Origin: Thalassospiraceae bacterium
GTDB lineage: Bacteria > Pseudomonadota > Alphaproteobacteria > Rhodospirillales > Magnetovibrionaceae
Reading direction: 5' to 3'
DNA: 24,977 bases
Assembly: GCA_030637845.1 (NCBI GenBank)
Contig: DAOWFT010000076.1
Location: 1 to 24,977 of the forward strand
Part shown: positions 8,528-17,417 of the stretch, in pieces
Position numbering within the stretch: position 1 is the stretch's first letter
How the letters are laid out: each line of letters opens with the position of its first letter
The notes under the pieces: generated by a model
What the model was told of the DNA's origin: nothing
The model's database searches: none
Seen by the model: the letters and a program-made list of their open reading frames with translations, nothing else
Program-made: the position numbers and the translations under genes

Positions 8528-9397
8528 TTATTGCTGCCCGCCACCTAACGAGTGAACATAGATGCTTACTTGTTTGATGGATATATCGTCCAAACGACCG
8601 TTCCATGCCGGCATAGAGCCATGTTTGGGTGTGCTTATTTGCGACATGATTTTTTCTTTGGAATTACCGTATAGCCAGATGCCATCGCTCAAACGCGGCG
8701 CACCCATATCCTGAACGCCCTCGGCGCTTTCACCGTGACAGCTAGAACATTCTTCGGCAAATATTTCCGTGCCCCGCATGGCGGCGTCCCGGTCAGATGA
8801 ATTTCCCGACAAGGACAACACATACTCTGTCACATCGGATATTTGTGCCTTGGCAAGCATATCTTCGTCACCAAAATTAGGCATCTCACCCAAGCGCGTA
8901 TCATCGTGGGTCGAGCGGATACCATAATTTATCGTGGTATAAATATCGCCAACGGTGCCACCCCACAGCCAATCATCATCGGCCAGTACCGGGTAGGAAG
9001 CGTTTCCAGAACCCGACGCGCCATGACACGGCGCACAGTTTTCGGCAAAAATCACACGCCCGCCAGCCATGGCATAATTCAAAAGTTCTGAATCCTTGGC
9101 TATGCCGCCAACCGAAAGTGCGGAGAATCTGTCCGTCCATACGGTGCGTGATTTATCGCGGGCCGCAAGTTCTTTTCGCAATTCACCGCGCGATGAATAA
9201 CCAATAACACCCTTGGTGTAACCGCTAAGTGTCGGCCATGCCGGATAAACAATCCAATAGCCAACCGACCATAGGATGCAGACATAAAAAGTATAGAGCC
9301 ACCAACGCGGCAAGGGCGTGTTCAGCTCCTTGATACCGTCCCATTCATGGCCAGTGGTTTCACGTCCGCTGACGGCGTCTTTTTCAATTTCCGCCAT
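8528..9397 (-). CDS. ccoP: cbb3-type cytochrome c oxidase subunit III
   Basis: MAEIEKDAVSGRETTGHEWDGIKELNTPLPRWW N-terminus, two CXXCH motifs (CAPCH, CSSCH); GGAGGAG RBS supports ATG at 9397. Confidence 0.97.
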   Translation of the reverse strand: MAEIEKDAVSGRETTGHEWDGIKELNTPLPRWWLYTFYVCILWSVGYWIVYPAWPTLSGYTKGVIGYSSRGELRKELAARDKSRTVWTDRFSALSVGGIAKDSELLNYAMAGGRVIFAENCAPCHGASGSGNASYPVLADDDWLWGGTVGDIYTTINYGIRSTHDDTRLGEMPNFGDEDMLAKAQISDVTEYVLSLSGNSSDRDAAMRGTEIFAEECSSCHGESAEGVQDMGAPRLSDGIWLYGNSKEKIMSQISTPKHGSMPAWNGRLDDISIKQVSIYVHSLGGGQQ

Positions 9398-9563
9398 GGT
9401 TTGCTCCTCCGTTTTCATCATCTTTGAAAATCATTTTTGCATCTTCTTCGAAACGTTTTTTGTTTTTTGGACGAAAGGCCCAAAACACAATGAAGATAAA
9501 AAGGGCCATAAGCCACAGAACCCAGCTAGATTTGGCCATTTCTACGATTGTTGCAAAGTCCAT
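9384..9563 (-). CDS. ccoQ: cbb3-type cytochrome c oxidase subunit IV (missed by the ORF track)
   Basis: Manual translation, 59 aa: MDFATIVEMAKSSWVLWLMALFIFIVFWAFRPKNKKRFEEDAKMIFKDDENGGANHGGN*. GGAGG RBS, single TM helix followed by the WAFRPKNKKRFEE motif, located between ccoO and ccoP; overlaps the ccoP start by 14 nt. Confidence 0.93.
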   Translation of the reverse strand: MDFATIVEMAKSSWVLWLMALFIFIVFWAFRPKNKKRFEEDAKMIFKDDENGGANHGGN

Positions 9564-9574
9564 TGCCTGCCCTC

Positions 9575-10300
9575 CTATCGTTCAATTGCTTTGGCATCGA
9601 GGCTGGAGAAATCAACCAACGTGCCAAGCATCTGTAGGTAGGCAATCAGGGCGTCCATTTCGGTTAACCGGGTCGGGTCGCCATCAAAATCGCCCAATGG
9701 GGCCTTGGCGTAACGGCTCTGGAAACCTTCGATGTCGCCATCGCCATCTTCGCCTGTGGCCTGTGCGTTCAGATCGTCTATTGCCCTAGCAATTTGCTCA
9801 TCGCTATAGGGTACACCGACTGCGCGCAGAGTTTTCAGATGCTCGGCGGCATCATCAAAACCAAGCAGGGTTTCTGCCATAAACGAATACCCCGGCATAA
9901 TTGATTCCGGCACCACGGCACGCGGATTTATCATATGTTCGGTATGCCATTCGTTGGAATACTTGCCGCCAACACGAGCCAAATCAGGCCCGGTACGTTT
10001 TGATCCCCATTGAAATGGATGGTCATACATGCTTTCCGCCGCCAATGAATAATGGCCATAACGTTCCGCCTCGTCGCGGAACGGCCTAATCATCTGGCTG
10101 TGACAGAGGTAGCAACCTTCGCGGATGTAAATGTTACGTCCGGCCTGTTCCAACGGGGTATAGGGGCGCATTCCATCGACCTTTTCGATGGTGTTTTCAA
10201 TTGTATAAAGCGGCACAATTTGCACCAACCCGCCAATTGATACCGTTATCAAAATGGCAATGGATAGAAGGATCGCATTGCGTTCCAAAAGTGATTGCAT
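9575..10300 (-). CDS. ccoO: cbb3-type cytochrome c oxidase subunit II
   Basis: [21 protein letters not shown] and [18 protein letters not shown] signatures. Confidence 0.98.
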   Translation of the reverse strand: MQSLLERNAILLSIAILITVSIGGLVQIVPLYTIENTIEKVDGMRPYTPLEQAGRNIYIREGCYLCHSQMIRPFRDEAERYGHYSLAAESMYDHPFQWGSKRTGPDLARVGGKYSNEWHTEHMINPRAVVPESIMPGYSFMAETLLGFDDAAEHLKTLRAVGVPYSDEQIARAIDDLNAQATGEDGDGDIEGFQSRYAKAPLGDFDGDPTRLTEMDALIAYLQMLGTLVDFSSLDAKAIER

Positions 10301-10317
10301 GGTTCTGCTCCCTTCCC

Positions 10318-11772
10318 TTAATTGCCAGCGCTTGACGCAGAAGGCGCCAGAGCAATGGGTGCTTCGTCACGGGTTCTGCCCTTGGCGGTCATCCACAGAT
10401 TGTAAACCATGATAATCGCGCCAACTAGGAACAGTACGCCGCCAACTGCACGTATTACATAGTACGGATGCATGGCTTCAACCGATTCGATAAACGAATA
10501 CTGCAAGAACCCAAGCGAATCATAGGTTCGCCACATGAGGCCCTGCATAATGCCGGAAATCCACATGGCGGTGATGTAAAGAACGATGCCCATGGTCGCA
10601 AACCAGAAATGCAGGTTAACCAGACGCAGTGAATAAAGCCGTTCGCGGTTCCATAGTTTTGGAACCAGATAATAAAGCGCACCAAAGCTAACCAGCGCGT
10701 TCCAGCCCAAGGCCCCGGAATGAACGTGACCGATTGTCCAATCGGTATAATGGCTGAGCGAATTAACAACCTTTATCGCCATAAGCGGGCCTTCGAACGT
10801 GCTCATACCATAGAACCCGACCGAGGTAACAAGGAAACGCAGCACCGGATCGGTGCGCAGTTTATCCCACGCCCCTGACAGGGTCATAATGCCGTTTATC
10901 ATTCCGCCCCACGATGGCATCCACAACATGATGGAGAACGTCATGCCCAGTGTCTGCGCCCAATCGGGCAGCGCGGTGTAATGAAGATGGTGAGGACCGG
11001 CCCATATATAAAGAAACGTAATGGCCCAAAAATGAATTACCGATAAACGATACGAATAAACCGGGCGCTGGGCCTGTTTGGGAATGAAGTAATACATCAT
11101 GCCAAGGAAGCCAGCGGTGAGAAAGAAGCCAACCGCATTATGCCCATACCACCACTGGGTCATGGCATCGCGCACGCCTGCCCAGGCAATGTAACTTTTG
11201 GCACCAAACCACGAAACGGGAAGTGCCACGTTATTGCCAATATGCAACAGGGCAACGGTGATTATAAAGGCAAGGAAAAACCAGTTGGCCACATAAATAT
11301 GAGATTCTTTGCGCTTAATCAGCGTACCGGCAAACACAACCAGATACATAACCCAGATAACCGTCAGCCATATATCGGTATACCATTCGGGTTCGGCATA
11401 TTCTTTACTTTGGGTAACGCCAAGAACATAGCCCGATGCCGCCAAGACGATAAATATCTGGTATCCCCAGAAAACCATGTTGGCCAGTTTCGGCCCGCCA
11501 AATAACGGAACCCGGCAGGTGCGCTGAACAATATAAAGAGAAGAACCGATAAGGATGTTTCCGCCAAAGGCAAAAATAACCGCCGAGGTATGAACCGGGC
11601 GCAAGCGACCAAAACTTGTCCATTCCAAATCTAAATTAAGTATCGGATAAGCTAACTGAAAAGCAATTGTTATGCCGACAAGAAAACCGACTATGCCCCA
11701 AAAGCTCGCCGCTATGACGAACTTTTTCACGACCTCATCATCATAGGTCGGCATTGCTATTGCTTGATTCAT
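10318..11772 (-). CDS. ccoN: cbb3-type cytochrome c oxidase subunit I
   Basis: [28 protein letters not shown] and [11 protein letters not shown] heme/CuB ligand motifs. ATG at 11772 has a GGGAG RBS (the track starts 30 nt earlier). Confidence 0.98.
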   Translation of the reverse strand: MNQAIAMPTYDDEVVKKFVIAASFWGIVGFLVGITIAFQLAYPILNLDLEWTSFGRLRPVHTSAVIFAFGGNILIGSSLYIVQRTCRVPLFGGPKLANMVFWGYQIFIVLAASGYVLGVTQSKEYAEPEWYTDIWLTVIWVMYLVVFAGTLIKRKESHIYVANWFFLAFIITVALLHIGNNVALPVSWFGAKSYIAWAGVRDAMTQWWYGHNAVGFFLTAGFLGMMYYFIPKQAQRPVYSYRLSVIHFWAITFLYIWAGPHHLHYTALPDWAQTLGMTFSIMLWMPSWGGMINGIMTLSGAWDKLRTDPVLRFLVTSVGFYGMSTFEGPLMAIKVVNSLSHYTDWTIGHVHSGALGWNALVSFGALYYLVPKLWNRERLYSLRLVNLHFWFATMGIVLYITAMWISGIMQGLMWRTYDSLGFLQYSFIESVEAMHPYYVIRAVGGVLFLVGAIIMVYNLWMTAKGRTRDEAPIALAPSASSAGN

Positions 11773-11963
11773 GGATGGTCTCCCTCGGTAGACGAATGGC
11801 ACTATTAATATTGCGCTCTTATATTCAAAGTACTAACAGCTATAAAAGTAGTGACAACAGTAACAGATTTCAGCATTTAATTAACTACACAATTTTATAT
11901 GTAATGCATTAGTCTTGCCTTATATATATTTATAGCTTGTAGCTTAAACGACAGCGCCTAGAT

Positions 11964-11977
11964 TTGACATAAATCAA
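11964..11977. promoter_or_regulatory. FNR/FixK-type binding site between divergent ccoN and the TauE/DsbD_2 gene
   Basis: TTGAC-ataa-ATCAA, 9/10 match to consensus; FNR/FixK control of ccoNOQP is established in proteobacteria. Confidence 0.8.
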
Positions 11978-12013
11978 AAGAGCTAAAAAACCCGGAAAAG
12001 AGCTAAAAAACCC
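11976..12013. repeat. Perfect 18-bp direct repeat with 20-bp period
   Basis: AAAAGAGCTAAAAAACCC at 11976-11993 and 11996-12013, separated by GG. Confidence 0.9.
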
Positions 12014-12046
12014 AACTTAGCCAAATTACTGTGGAGCATCGGCACT

Positions 12047-12826
12047 ATGGAACAGGACCCGGCATTTACCCATCTTCTTGTTGCAGGGCTTGCATACTGC
12101 CAAACAACTGCCAGCGACAATGCCACCACACTTATTAGCCTGTTTCTGGCGGGATTGGCTGGCAGCGCCGCCCACTGTGTTGGCATGTGCGGGCCGTTTG
12201 TGCTGTCTCAGGTTACGGCCCGACTAGAAAATGTCCCCGCATCTCAAATGCATGAATTTCACCGCATCAGGGGTGCGGCACTTGTCCCCTACCATCTGGG
12301 GAGGCTTACCACCTATGCGGCGTTGGGTGGGGTTGCGGCATTTTTGACCGGTGGGGTTTATGAGTTGATGAACCTTGGCTGGATAGCGTCCCTGCTGCTG
12401 GTATTTGCCGCAATATTTTTTGCGGGCTATGCCTTGCAGGTATTAAAGATCCCCCTGCCCCGCTTTTTTTCCAACAAAACCAAAGGCACCACAGGGCCAA
12501 TTACCAAATATATGGATAAATTTGCCCGGCCATTGTTCAACCGCCCAACGGGATTGCGCGGATACGCCCTTGGTATAACGTTGGGATTCCTGCCCTGCGG
12601 ACTTCTTTACGGTGCGCTGGCAGCAGCATCGGCACCCGGAGATGTGCTGGCAGGTGTTTTTGCAATGATGGCGTTTGGTCTGGGAACCATTCCGGCATTG
12701 TTGGGCATTGGCATTATTGGCCATGTGGCGGGTGGGCGCTGGCTAGGTGTCACGCACTGGCTGGCACCGGGATTGCTTTTGATTAATTCTGCGGTATTGC
12801 TGTTTATGGCGTGGCGATTGGTTTAG
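12047..12826 (+). CDS. Sulfite exporter TauE/SafE / DsbD_2-type multi-pass membrane protein (probable heavy-metal or thiol-handling cbb3 accessory)
   Basis: HCVGMCGP and GFLPCGLLY motifs, YHLGRLTTY, about 6-7 TM segments; GGAG RBS. Such proteins commonly neighbour cco clusters. Confidence 0.85.
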   Translation: MEQDPAFTHLLVAGLAYCQTTASDNATTLISLFLAGLAGSAAHCVGMCGPFVLSQVTARLENVPASQMHEFHRIRGAALVPYHLGRLTTYAALGGVAAFLTGGVYELMNLGWIASLLLVFAAIFFAGYALQVLKIPLPRFFSNKTKGTTGPITKYMDKFARPLFNRPTGLRGYALGITLGFLPCGLLYGALAAASAPGDVLAGVFAMMAFGLGTIPALLGIGIIGHVAGGRWLGVTHWLAPGLLLINSAVLLFMAWRLV

Positions 12827-12931
12827 TGGCTGTTTTAGTGACTATTATATAAGTGATTGGCATCACTGCGCCACAGCACCAACTATGGCAAAAACATAGC
12901 CACCGATAGGTAGGCCAATACTGAACAAAAG

Positions 12932-12959
12932 CTGAATTTCAGGTTCAACCTTAATTCAG
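12932..12959. other. Imperfect inverted repeat (possible operator)
   Basis: CTGAATT-tc-AGGTT-c-AACCT-t-AATTCAG, about 70 nt upstream of the candidate small ORF. Confidence 0.35.
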
Positions 12960-13028
12960 GTATGTGCCTCTATAACGGTATTTGTATCTAATATATTGTG
13001 ATATCGCCTGAATAAAGGATTTTTAACA

Positions 13029-13109
13029 ATGTTTCGTCGTATAGATTTCGCCCTATGGGCAATGGCAGTTTCATGGGTGCTGGTTGGGCTTGGCGGTAAA
13101 ATTGCCTAA
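13029..13109 (+). CDS. Candidate 26-aa single-pass membrane peptide
   Basis: MFRRIDFALWAMAVSWVLVGLGGKIA*; AAGGA RBS 9 nt before the ATG; basic N-terminus followed by a hydrophobic stretch; sits in an otherwise empty ~340-nt intergenic gap. Confidence 0.5.
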   Translation: MFRRIDFALWAMAVSWVLVGLGGKIA

Positions 13110-13130
13110 GCTTGCTGGTTTTAGCAAAAA

Positions 13131-13166
13131 CAGAACAAACAAAAAGCCCGCAACTTTCGGGCTGCC
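13131..13166 (-). terminator. Rho-independent terminator of the binding protein-kinase operon
   Basis: Minus strand AGCCCG-aaagttg-CGGGCT followed by TTTTGTTTGTTCTG, directly after the stop at 13167. Confidence 0.75.
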
Positions 13167-15488
13167 TTAGGCGTCATCCTGCCTTGATGTTTCATTTGTT
13201 GTCGGCATGACAATAGTGAAATTCGCCCCGCCGTTCTCATTGTTGGCCCCGATGTGCCCTCCCATTTCGGTGATAATACCGTAGCTGATGGAAAGGCCCA
13301 GACCCGTTCCGTGGCCGACTTCCTTGGTGGTGAAGAAGGGCTCAAAGATATGATCAATCACATTTTCCGCTATGCCTCCGCCGGTATCCGTAACCGTAAG
13401 GATCACATCTTCTGATTCCGGGTCATCTACAATGCCTACCGATATTTTCTTTACTTCTTGGCCGGTGTCTTTATTTGTCATGATGGCGTCACGGGCATTG
13501 GTCAACAGGTTCAGTACCACCTGTTCCAACTGAAGCTGTTGTCCCAAAACTTTCCGGCAGGTTTCGGGCAGATCCACGATCAGGTCGATATCGCTCAACC
13601 GTAGTTGCTGGCTAACCAGCCCAACGGTACCTCGTACCACTTCATTTAAATCCACTTCTTCCAGCTCACCCGGCTCGGCACGGCCAAACGTCCGCATATG
13701 TTTGATGATAGCCGATGCCCGGTCCACCTGATTTTCAATTCTCTTCAGCTTTTCGGTCAGGATGTTGCTGGGGACATCCCCGTCCTCAACCTCATCAAGC
13801 AGAGATTCGGCTACCATGTGGATGATGTTGAGGGGCTGGTTCAGTTCGTGCGCAATCCCCGTCGTCACCTCGCCCAGAGTGGCCAGCTTGTTCGATTGAA
13901 TCAGCTGAGCCTCGGCGCGTTTACGTTTTGTAATGTCAAAACCGCTGGCGCCCACGGCAATAATATTGCCGTCGGAATCTCTAATCGGAAACTTAACCGT
14001 AAGGAAGGTGTGGACACCATCAGCCAAATGGAATTCCTCCTCTGCTTCAACGGCCTCTCCCTTTTCGAGAACGATATGGTCATGGGCATCAAAAACTTCA
14101 CTAATTTCATTTGGAAAAATATCGCTGGCTGTCCTGCCTTTGACTTCTTCGTTGGTGATGCCGAACAACTCTTCGCTCTTACGGTTGATCAGGATATAAC
14201 GCCCTTTGGCATCCTTGATGTGGAGCTTGTTGGGCGTGTTATCAGCCAAGGCACGGAACCGTTCCTCGCTTTCACGCAATTTCATTTCTCGCTCATGAAT
14301 GGAATCGGACATGGAATTGATAGACTGAGCGAGGGTGGATAGCTCATCACTGCCGTCAAAACCGGCAAGGTGTTCGTGCCCGCCCTTACGCAAGCCCTCC
14401 ACTCCAGACATCAGGCGCTTAATGGGTGATGTAAAAGTTCTGTTCAGATAATAAGCGCCAGCAGGTGCAACCACCAAAATTGTGAACACAAACACCGCCA
14501 ATATGGCCCACTCCAAAGACGTAAAGCCTTGGGCTAATTCTGCTTTATTGCTTCCGAATATAAAGTATGCCTGCTGCCCATCAGACAGGGCAATCCGTGT
14601 TACACCAAACTCAAAACCATCCGAGCTAACCCGATGGAAATTTTGTCCGTCGTCAACGCGCGGGGATAAGGGCGGGGCCTTAATAAGGTCGTCTGGGGCC
14701 AGCAAATCTGTTTTCAGCCCACCAAAGCTGGTGCCATTGGGCAACAGAAGGGCAGCCTCAGTCTTCGTCTTGATGGATATCTCTTTAACAAGGCGCTCGT
14801 CCAGCAGGAAGGTGGCGTGAACTTCTCCAACTGTATTGCTGGATCCATTGGGAAAAACCTTCACCACGGGAGTGAGTGTTTCCATTTTAATTCCCCGCCT
14901 TATGGCGTGGAAATCTATGCTGAAGCTGTTGTGCCTGTGGGAAATATTGGTTTGTTCACGGATATCCAATATATCCTCTTTGCTCAGAGCGATCTTCTTC
15001 TCGTTATCGATTAAAATAAAAACCGGCATACCACCAAGGAATGAGAGGAAGCCTTTCTGTACATTGGCGTCGCGGCCTTTAATAAAAAAGCTGGCAAGAA
15101 TGGTTTTGCTATCGTGAATTGACAGATGGTCAAACCCTATGTCCATTGCATGGCTTGCCAAATTTTTAGCTAACCTCTTTTTTTCCAGATCAAAAACCTG
15201 AGGAAGATAATTTTCAATGTCTTGATAGGTATCGATCATGCCTATGATGTTTTTGTGGTCATCATTTTCGGCAAAGCTTTTGGTTTTGGTCAGCAGTAAC
15301 TTTTTACGTTCTTCAATTTCGGCACTAAGAATAGAAAAGGAATTTTCAATGCGTTTCAAAGAGATATCTTCGAGGTAGGTGTTTTGCAAATAAATATACA
15401 CCATACCAACCAGAGACAAGGCAGCCACGACCGAGCCAAGCCAAAAAATCAGGAGCCTGTAGTGAAATGAAATTTTTAGTCCTGTCAT
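13167..15488 (-). CDS. Sensor histidine kinase (TM-periplasmic sensor-TM-HAMP-PAS-HisKA-HATPase_c; NtrB/DctB-type H-box)
   Basis: Two TM segments flanking a ~290-aa extracytoplasmic region; HAMP (FTSPIKRLM...DELSTLAQSINSM); PAS (IKDAKGRYILINRK...FLTVKFPIRDSDG); H-box IAHELNQPL; N-box NLLTNARDAI; DTGGGI and GTGLGLSISYGII. Confidence 0.94.
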   Translation of the reverse strand: MTGLKISFHYRLLIFWLGSVVAALSLVGMVYIYLQNTYLEDISLKRIENSFSILSAEIEERKKLLLTKTKSFAENDDHKNIIGMIDTYQDIENYLPQVFDLEKKRLAKNLASHAMDIGFDHLSIHDSKTILASFFIKGRDANVQKGFLSFLGGMPVFILIDNEKKIALSKEDILDIREQTNISHRHNSFSIDFHAIRRGIKMETLTPVVKVFPNGSSNTVGEVHATFLLDERLVKEISIKTKTEAALLLPNGTSFGGLKTDLLAPDDLIKAPPLSPRVDDGQNFHRVSSDGFEFGVTRIALSDGQQAYFIFGSNKAELAQGFTSLEWAILAVFVFTILVVAPAGAYYLNRTFTSPIKRLMSGVEGLRKGGHEHLAGFDGSDELSTLAQSINSMSDSIHEREMKLRESEERFRALADNTPNKLHIKDAKGRYILINRKSEELFGITNEEVKGRTASDIFPNEISEVFDAHDHIVLEKGEAVEAEEEFHLADGVHTFLTVKFPIRDSDGNIIAVGASGFDITKRKRAEAQLIQSNKLATLGEVTTGIAHELNQPLNIIHMVAESLLDEVEDGDVPSNILTEKLKRIENQVDRASAIIKHMRTFGRAEPGELEEVDLNEVVRGTVGLVSQQLRLSDIDLIVDLPETCRKVLGQQLQLEQVVLNLLTNARDAIMTNKDTGQEVKKISVGIVDDPESEDVILTVTDTGGGIAENVIDHIFEPFFTTKEVGHGTGLGLSISYGIITEMGGHIGANNENGGANFTIVMPTTNETSRQDDA

Positions 15489-15501
15489 TTGACCGCCCTG
15501 T

Positions 15502-16428
15502 TTAGAAAATTGGTTCGACTTCCCCGACGTTCTCTTTGGTTATGAGCTTGAATGGCACCGCAATAAAACGTGGCACCGTTTTACCGTTCAAGATTTTGAT
15601 AGCCGCTGCCACCCCCTCCTTACCGCATGTCGGGTAAGTAAAGCTGGCTAGCTGTTCACCCTTGGCTATGGCAACCTTGGTCTCAGGCAGGAAGTCAATG
15701 CTGACGGTTGGTATACTGCCGGGGTCTATTCCGTTTTCCCGAAGAGCCATCCGCGCCCCAATTGCCATGTCATCGTTATGGGCGTAAATGGCATCAAAGG
15801 CCTGACCATCTAGCAATACCTCTTCGATAGCCCTAATGGCCTCGGCGCGGGAATAATCGGCAACTTTTGATATAATGTTGATGTTGGGGTAATTCAATAG
15901 TCCGGATAGAAACCCATCTTTTCTTTGAATTGCCGTGGTGGTGCTCTGCACCCCCTCCAACATTAGTATTTGACCGCTACCACCCAAATGTTTCGCCAGA
16001 AACAGTGCCGCTTCATATCCGATCTTGAAGTCGTCTGGACTGATGTAAGTGTCGTAGTCCTCGCTATTGAGCTTGCGAGTCAGCAATACAATGTGTATGC
16101 CCTGCTTGCGCAAACGAGAGACCACCATTCCAATAGCATCCGGATTCCTGGGCCCCAAAAACAGGAGTTGAGCCCCCTTGGCGACCATTGTTTCGATATC
16201 GGCAATGTTTTTCGCCACATCGCCCCCTGCATCCGCCATGAGAAATTTAACATTGGGATGCTTCGCCAACTCCTCCCTGATTTCGTTCATTTGTTCTTTG
16301 CGCCAGACGTTCGACATATTGTCTTCGGGGAACCCGATTATAAATTCAGGTTCGGCTGCTATGGCTTGGGCCGTTAAGACGATAACGGCAAAAAGTGCGG
16401 CGAGCGGTCTAATTAAGAACGGTTTCAC
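15502..16428 (-). CDS. Periplasmic sugar-binding-type (ribose/LacI-fold, class I) substrate-binding protein
   Basis: Signal peptide (KPFLIRPLAALFAVIVLTAQAIAA); SPDDFKIGYEAA, ILMLEGVQSTTTAIQRKDGF and AIYAHNDDMAIGA motifs of RbsB-like proteins. GTG at 16428 preferred. Confidence 0.9.
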   Translation of the reverse strand: MKPFLIRPLAALFAVIVLTAQAIAAEPEFIIGFPEDNMSNVWRKEQMNEIREELAKHPNVKFLMADAGGDVAKNIADIETMVAKGAQLLFLGPRNPDAIGMVVSRLRKQGIHIVLLTRKLNSEDYDTYISPDDFKIGYEAALFLAKHLGGSGQILMLEGVQSTTTAIQRKDGFLSGLLNYPNINIISKVADYSRAEAIRAIEEVLLDGQAFDAIYAHNDDMAIGARMALRENGIDPGSIPTVSIDFLPETKVAIAKGEQLASFTYPTCGKEGVAAAIKILNGKTVPRFIAVPFKLITKENVGEVEPIF

Positions 16429-16558
16429 AATCCATCGCCTTCCTTGCAAGGTATTTCAGGGCCAGAGATTACGCCAAGCAGACTTATAATTGTCGCCTGT
16501 TTTTAATATTGCCCGACGCTGGAATAAGGTTGATTAAAGCTTCTGATATAACAATGTG

Positions 16559-16583
16559 GTTGTATTATAATGTATAATGCAAC
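16559..16583. promoter_or_regulatory. 25-bp imperfect palindrome containing two TATAAT hexamers in a divergent promoter region
   Basis: GTTGTATTATA-ATG-TATAATGCAAC (10/11 dyad match); TATAAT at 16566-16571 and 16573-16578. Confidence 0.45.
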
Positions 16584-16751
16584 TTAATTACAACCGCAGT
16601 CCGGGTTATACGCAGGGCGCGCGTGCAAATAAAATGGGGCTACCTGCGGATTAAATGGTGCAACGCCCCGTCAAGGACATGAGAGAAAACTCGCGTTTTT
16701 CCTCAGGTTTAATTACGATGGTGCCGATTACTCAAGACTGGACACTCGGTC

Positions 16752-17417
16752 ATGGACGATTTTTCATTTGAACTATTGGATTGGGCGCGCGGGCCGGGGT
16801 TAGAAATCGCCAGCGTGCTATTTGTCTTGGGCATAGCATTGCGCTTGGGCGAGATAGCCTATATCGGACGCAAGCCCAACTTTGCCCCAGCCCGGGGCAA
16901 TCCGGTTGTCCAAGGCATCAAGACCATATTTACGCGCACCGCCCCTGCTCCGGGTATGGTAAAGCGCGCGCCGGCAATCCATATCGGCGGCTGGATTTTC
17001 CACATTGGCTTCTTTGTTACCATCTTATTCTATTCCGCCCACATCCGTGTATTTGACGATTGGTTCGAGGTGCCGTGGTCACGGTGGCCCAGCTCCATCA
17101 TTGCTTTTGTTGCTGTCATCACCATGGTTGCGCTGATTGTCCTGCTGCTCACCCGCATTGCCCATCCGGTGCGGCGAAAAATTTCAACCGCTGGCGATTA
17201 CGCCGTCTGGGCGTTGACCTTTGCCCCGCTAGTGACGGGGTACATATCCGCGCACGACCTGACGGATGCTCCTGCTCTGATGAAAGCCCTGCACATTCTT
17301 TCGGCTGAAGCCCTCATGGTCGCCTTTCCCTTTACCAAGTTGATGCACGGCATCACCACCTTTGTTGCGCGTTACTACAACGGCGCAATTCAAGGCCGCA
17401 AGGGGGCCAAGTCATGA
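16752..17417 (+). CDS. NarI/DsrM/HdrE-like diheme-b membrane anchor subunit
   Basis: About five TM helices with four appropriately spaced His (IFHIGFF, YSAHIR, ALHILS, KLMHG) and the PFTKLMH motif typical of the NarI/DsrM family. Confidence 0.82.
   Translation: MDDFSFELLDWARGPGLEIASVLFVLGIALRLGEIAYIGRKPNFAPARGNPVVQGIKTIFTRTAPAPGMVKRAPAIHIGGWIFHIGFFVTILFYSAHIRVFDDWFEVPWSRWPSSIIAFVAVITMVALIVLLLTRIAHPVRRKISTAGDYAVWALTFAPLVTGYISAHDLTDAPALMKALHILSAEALMVAFPFTKLMHGITTFVARYYNGAIQGRKGAKS

Noticed and set aside
9424-9789. Track ORFs 9424-9789 and 9318-9641 (+)
   Set aside because: Antisense to ccoO, ccoQ and ccoP; the real small gene here is ccoQ on the minus strand.
16594-16649. CCGCAG...CTGCGG inverted repeat upstream of the DsrM-like gene
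   Set aside because: Only 6 bp of pairing across a 44-nt gap; no recognisable riboswitch, attC or ncRNA structure.
16752-17417. Calling this gene narI of a respiratory nitrate reductase
   Set aside because: No narGHJ nearby; its coupled partner is a CCG-domain Fe-S protein, which indicates the DsrMK/HdrED-type branch.
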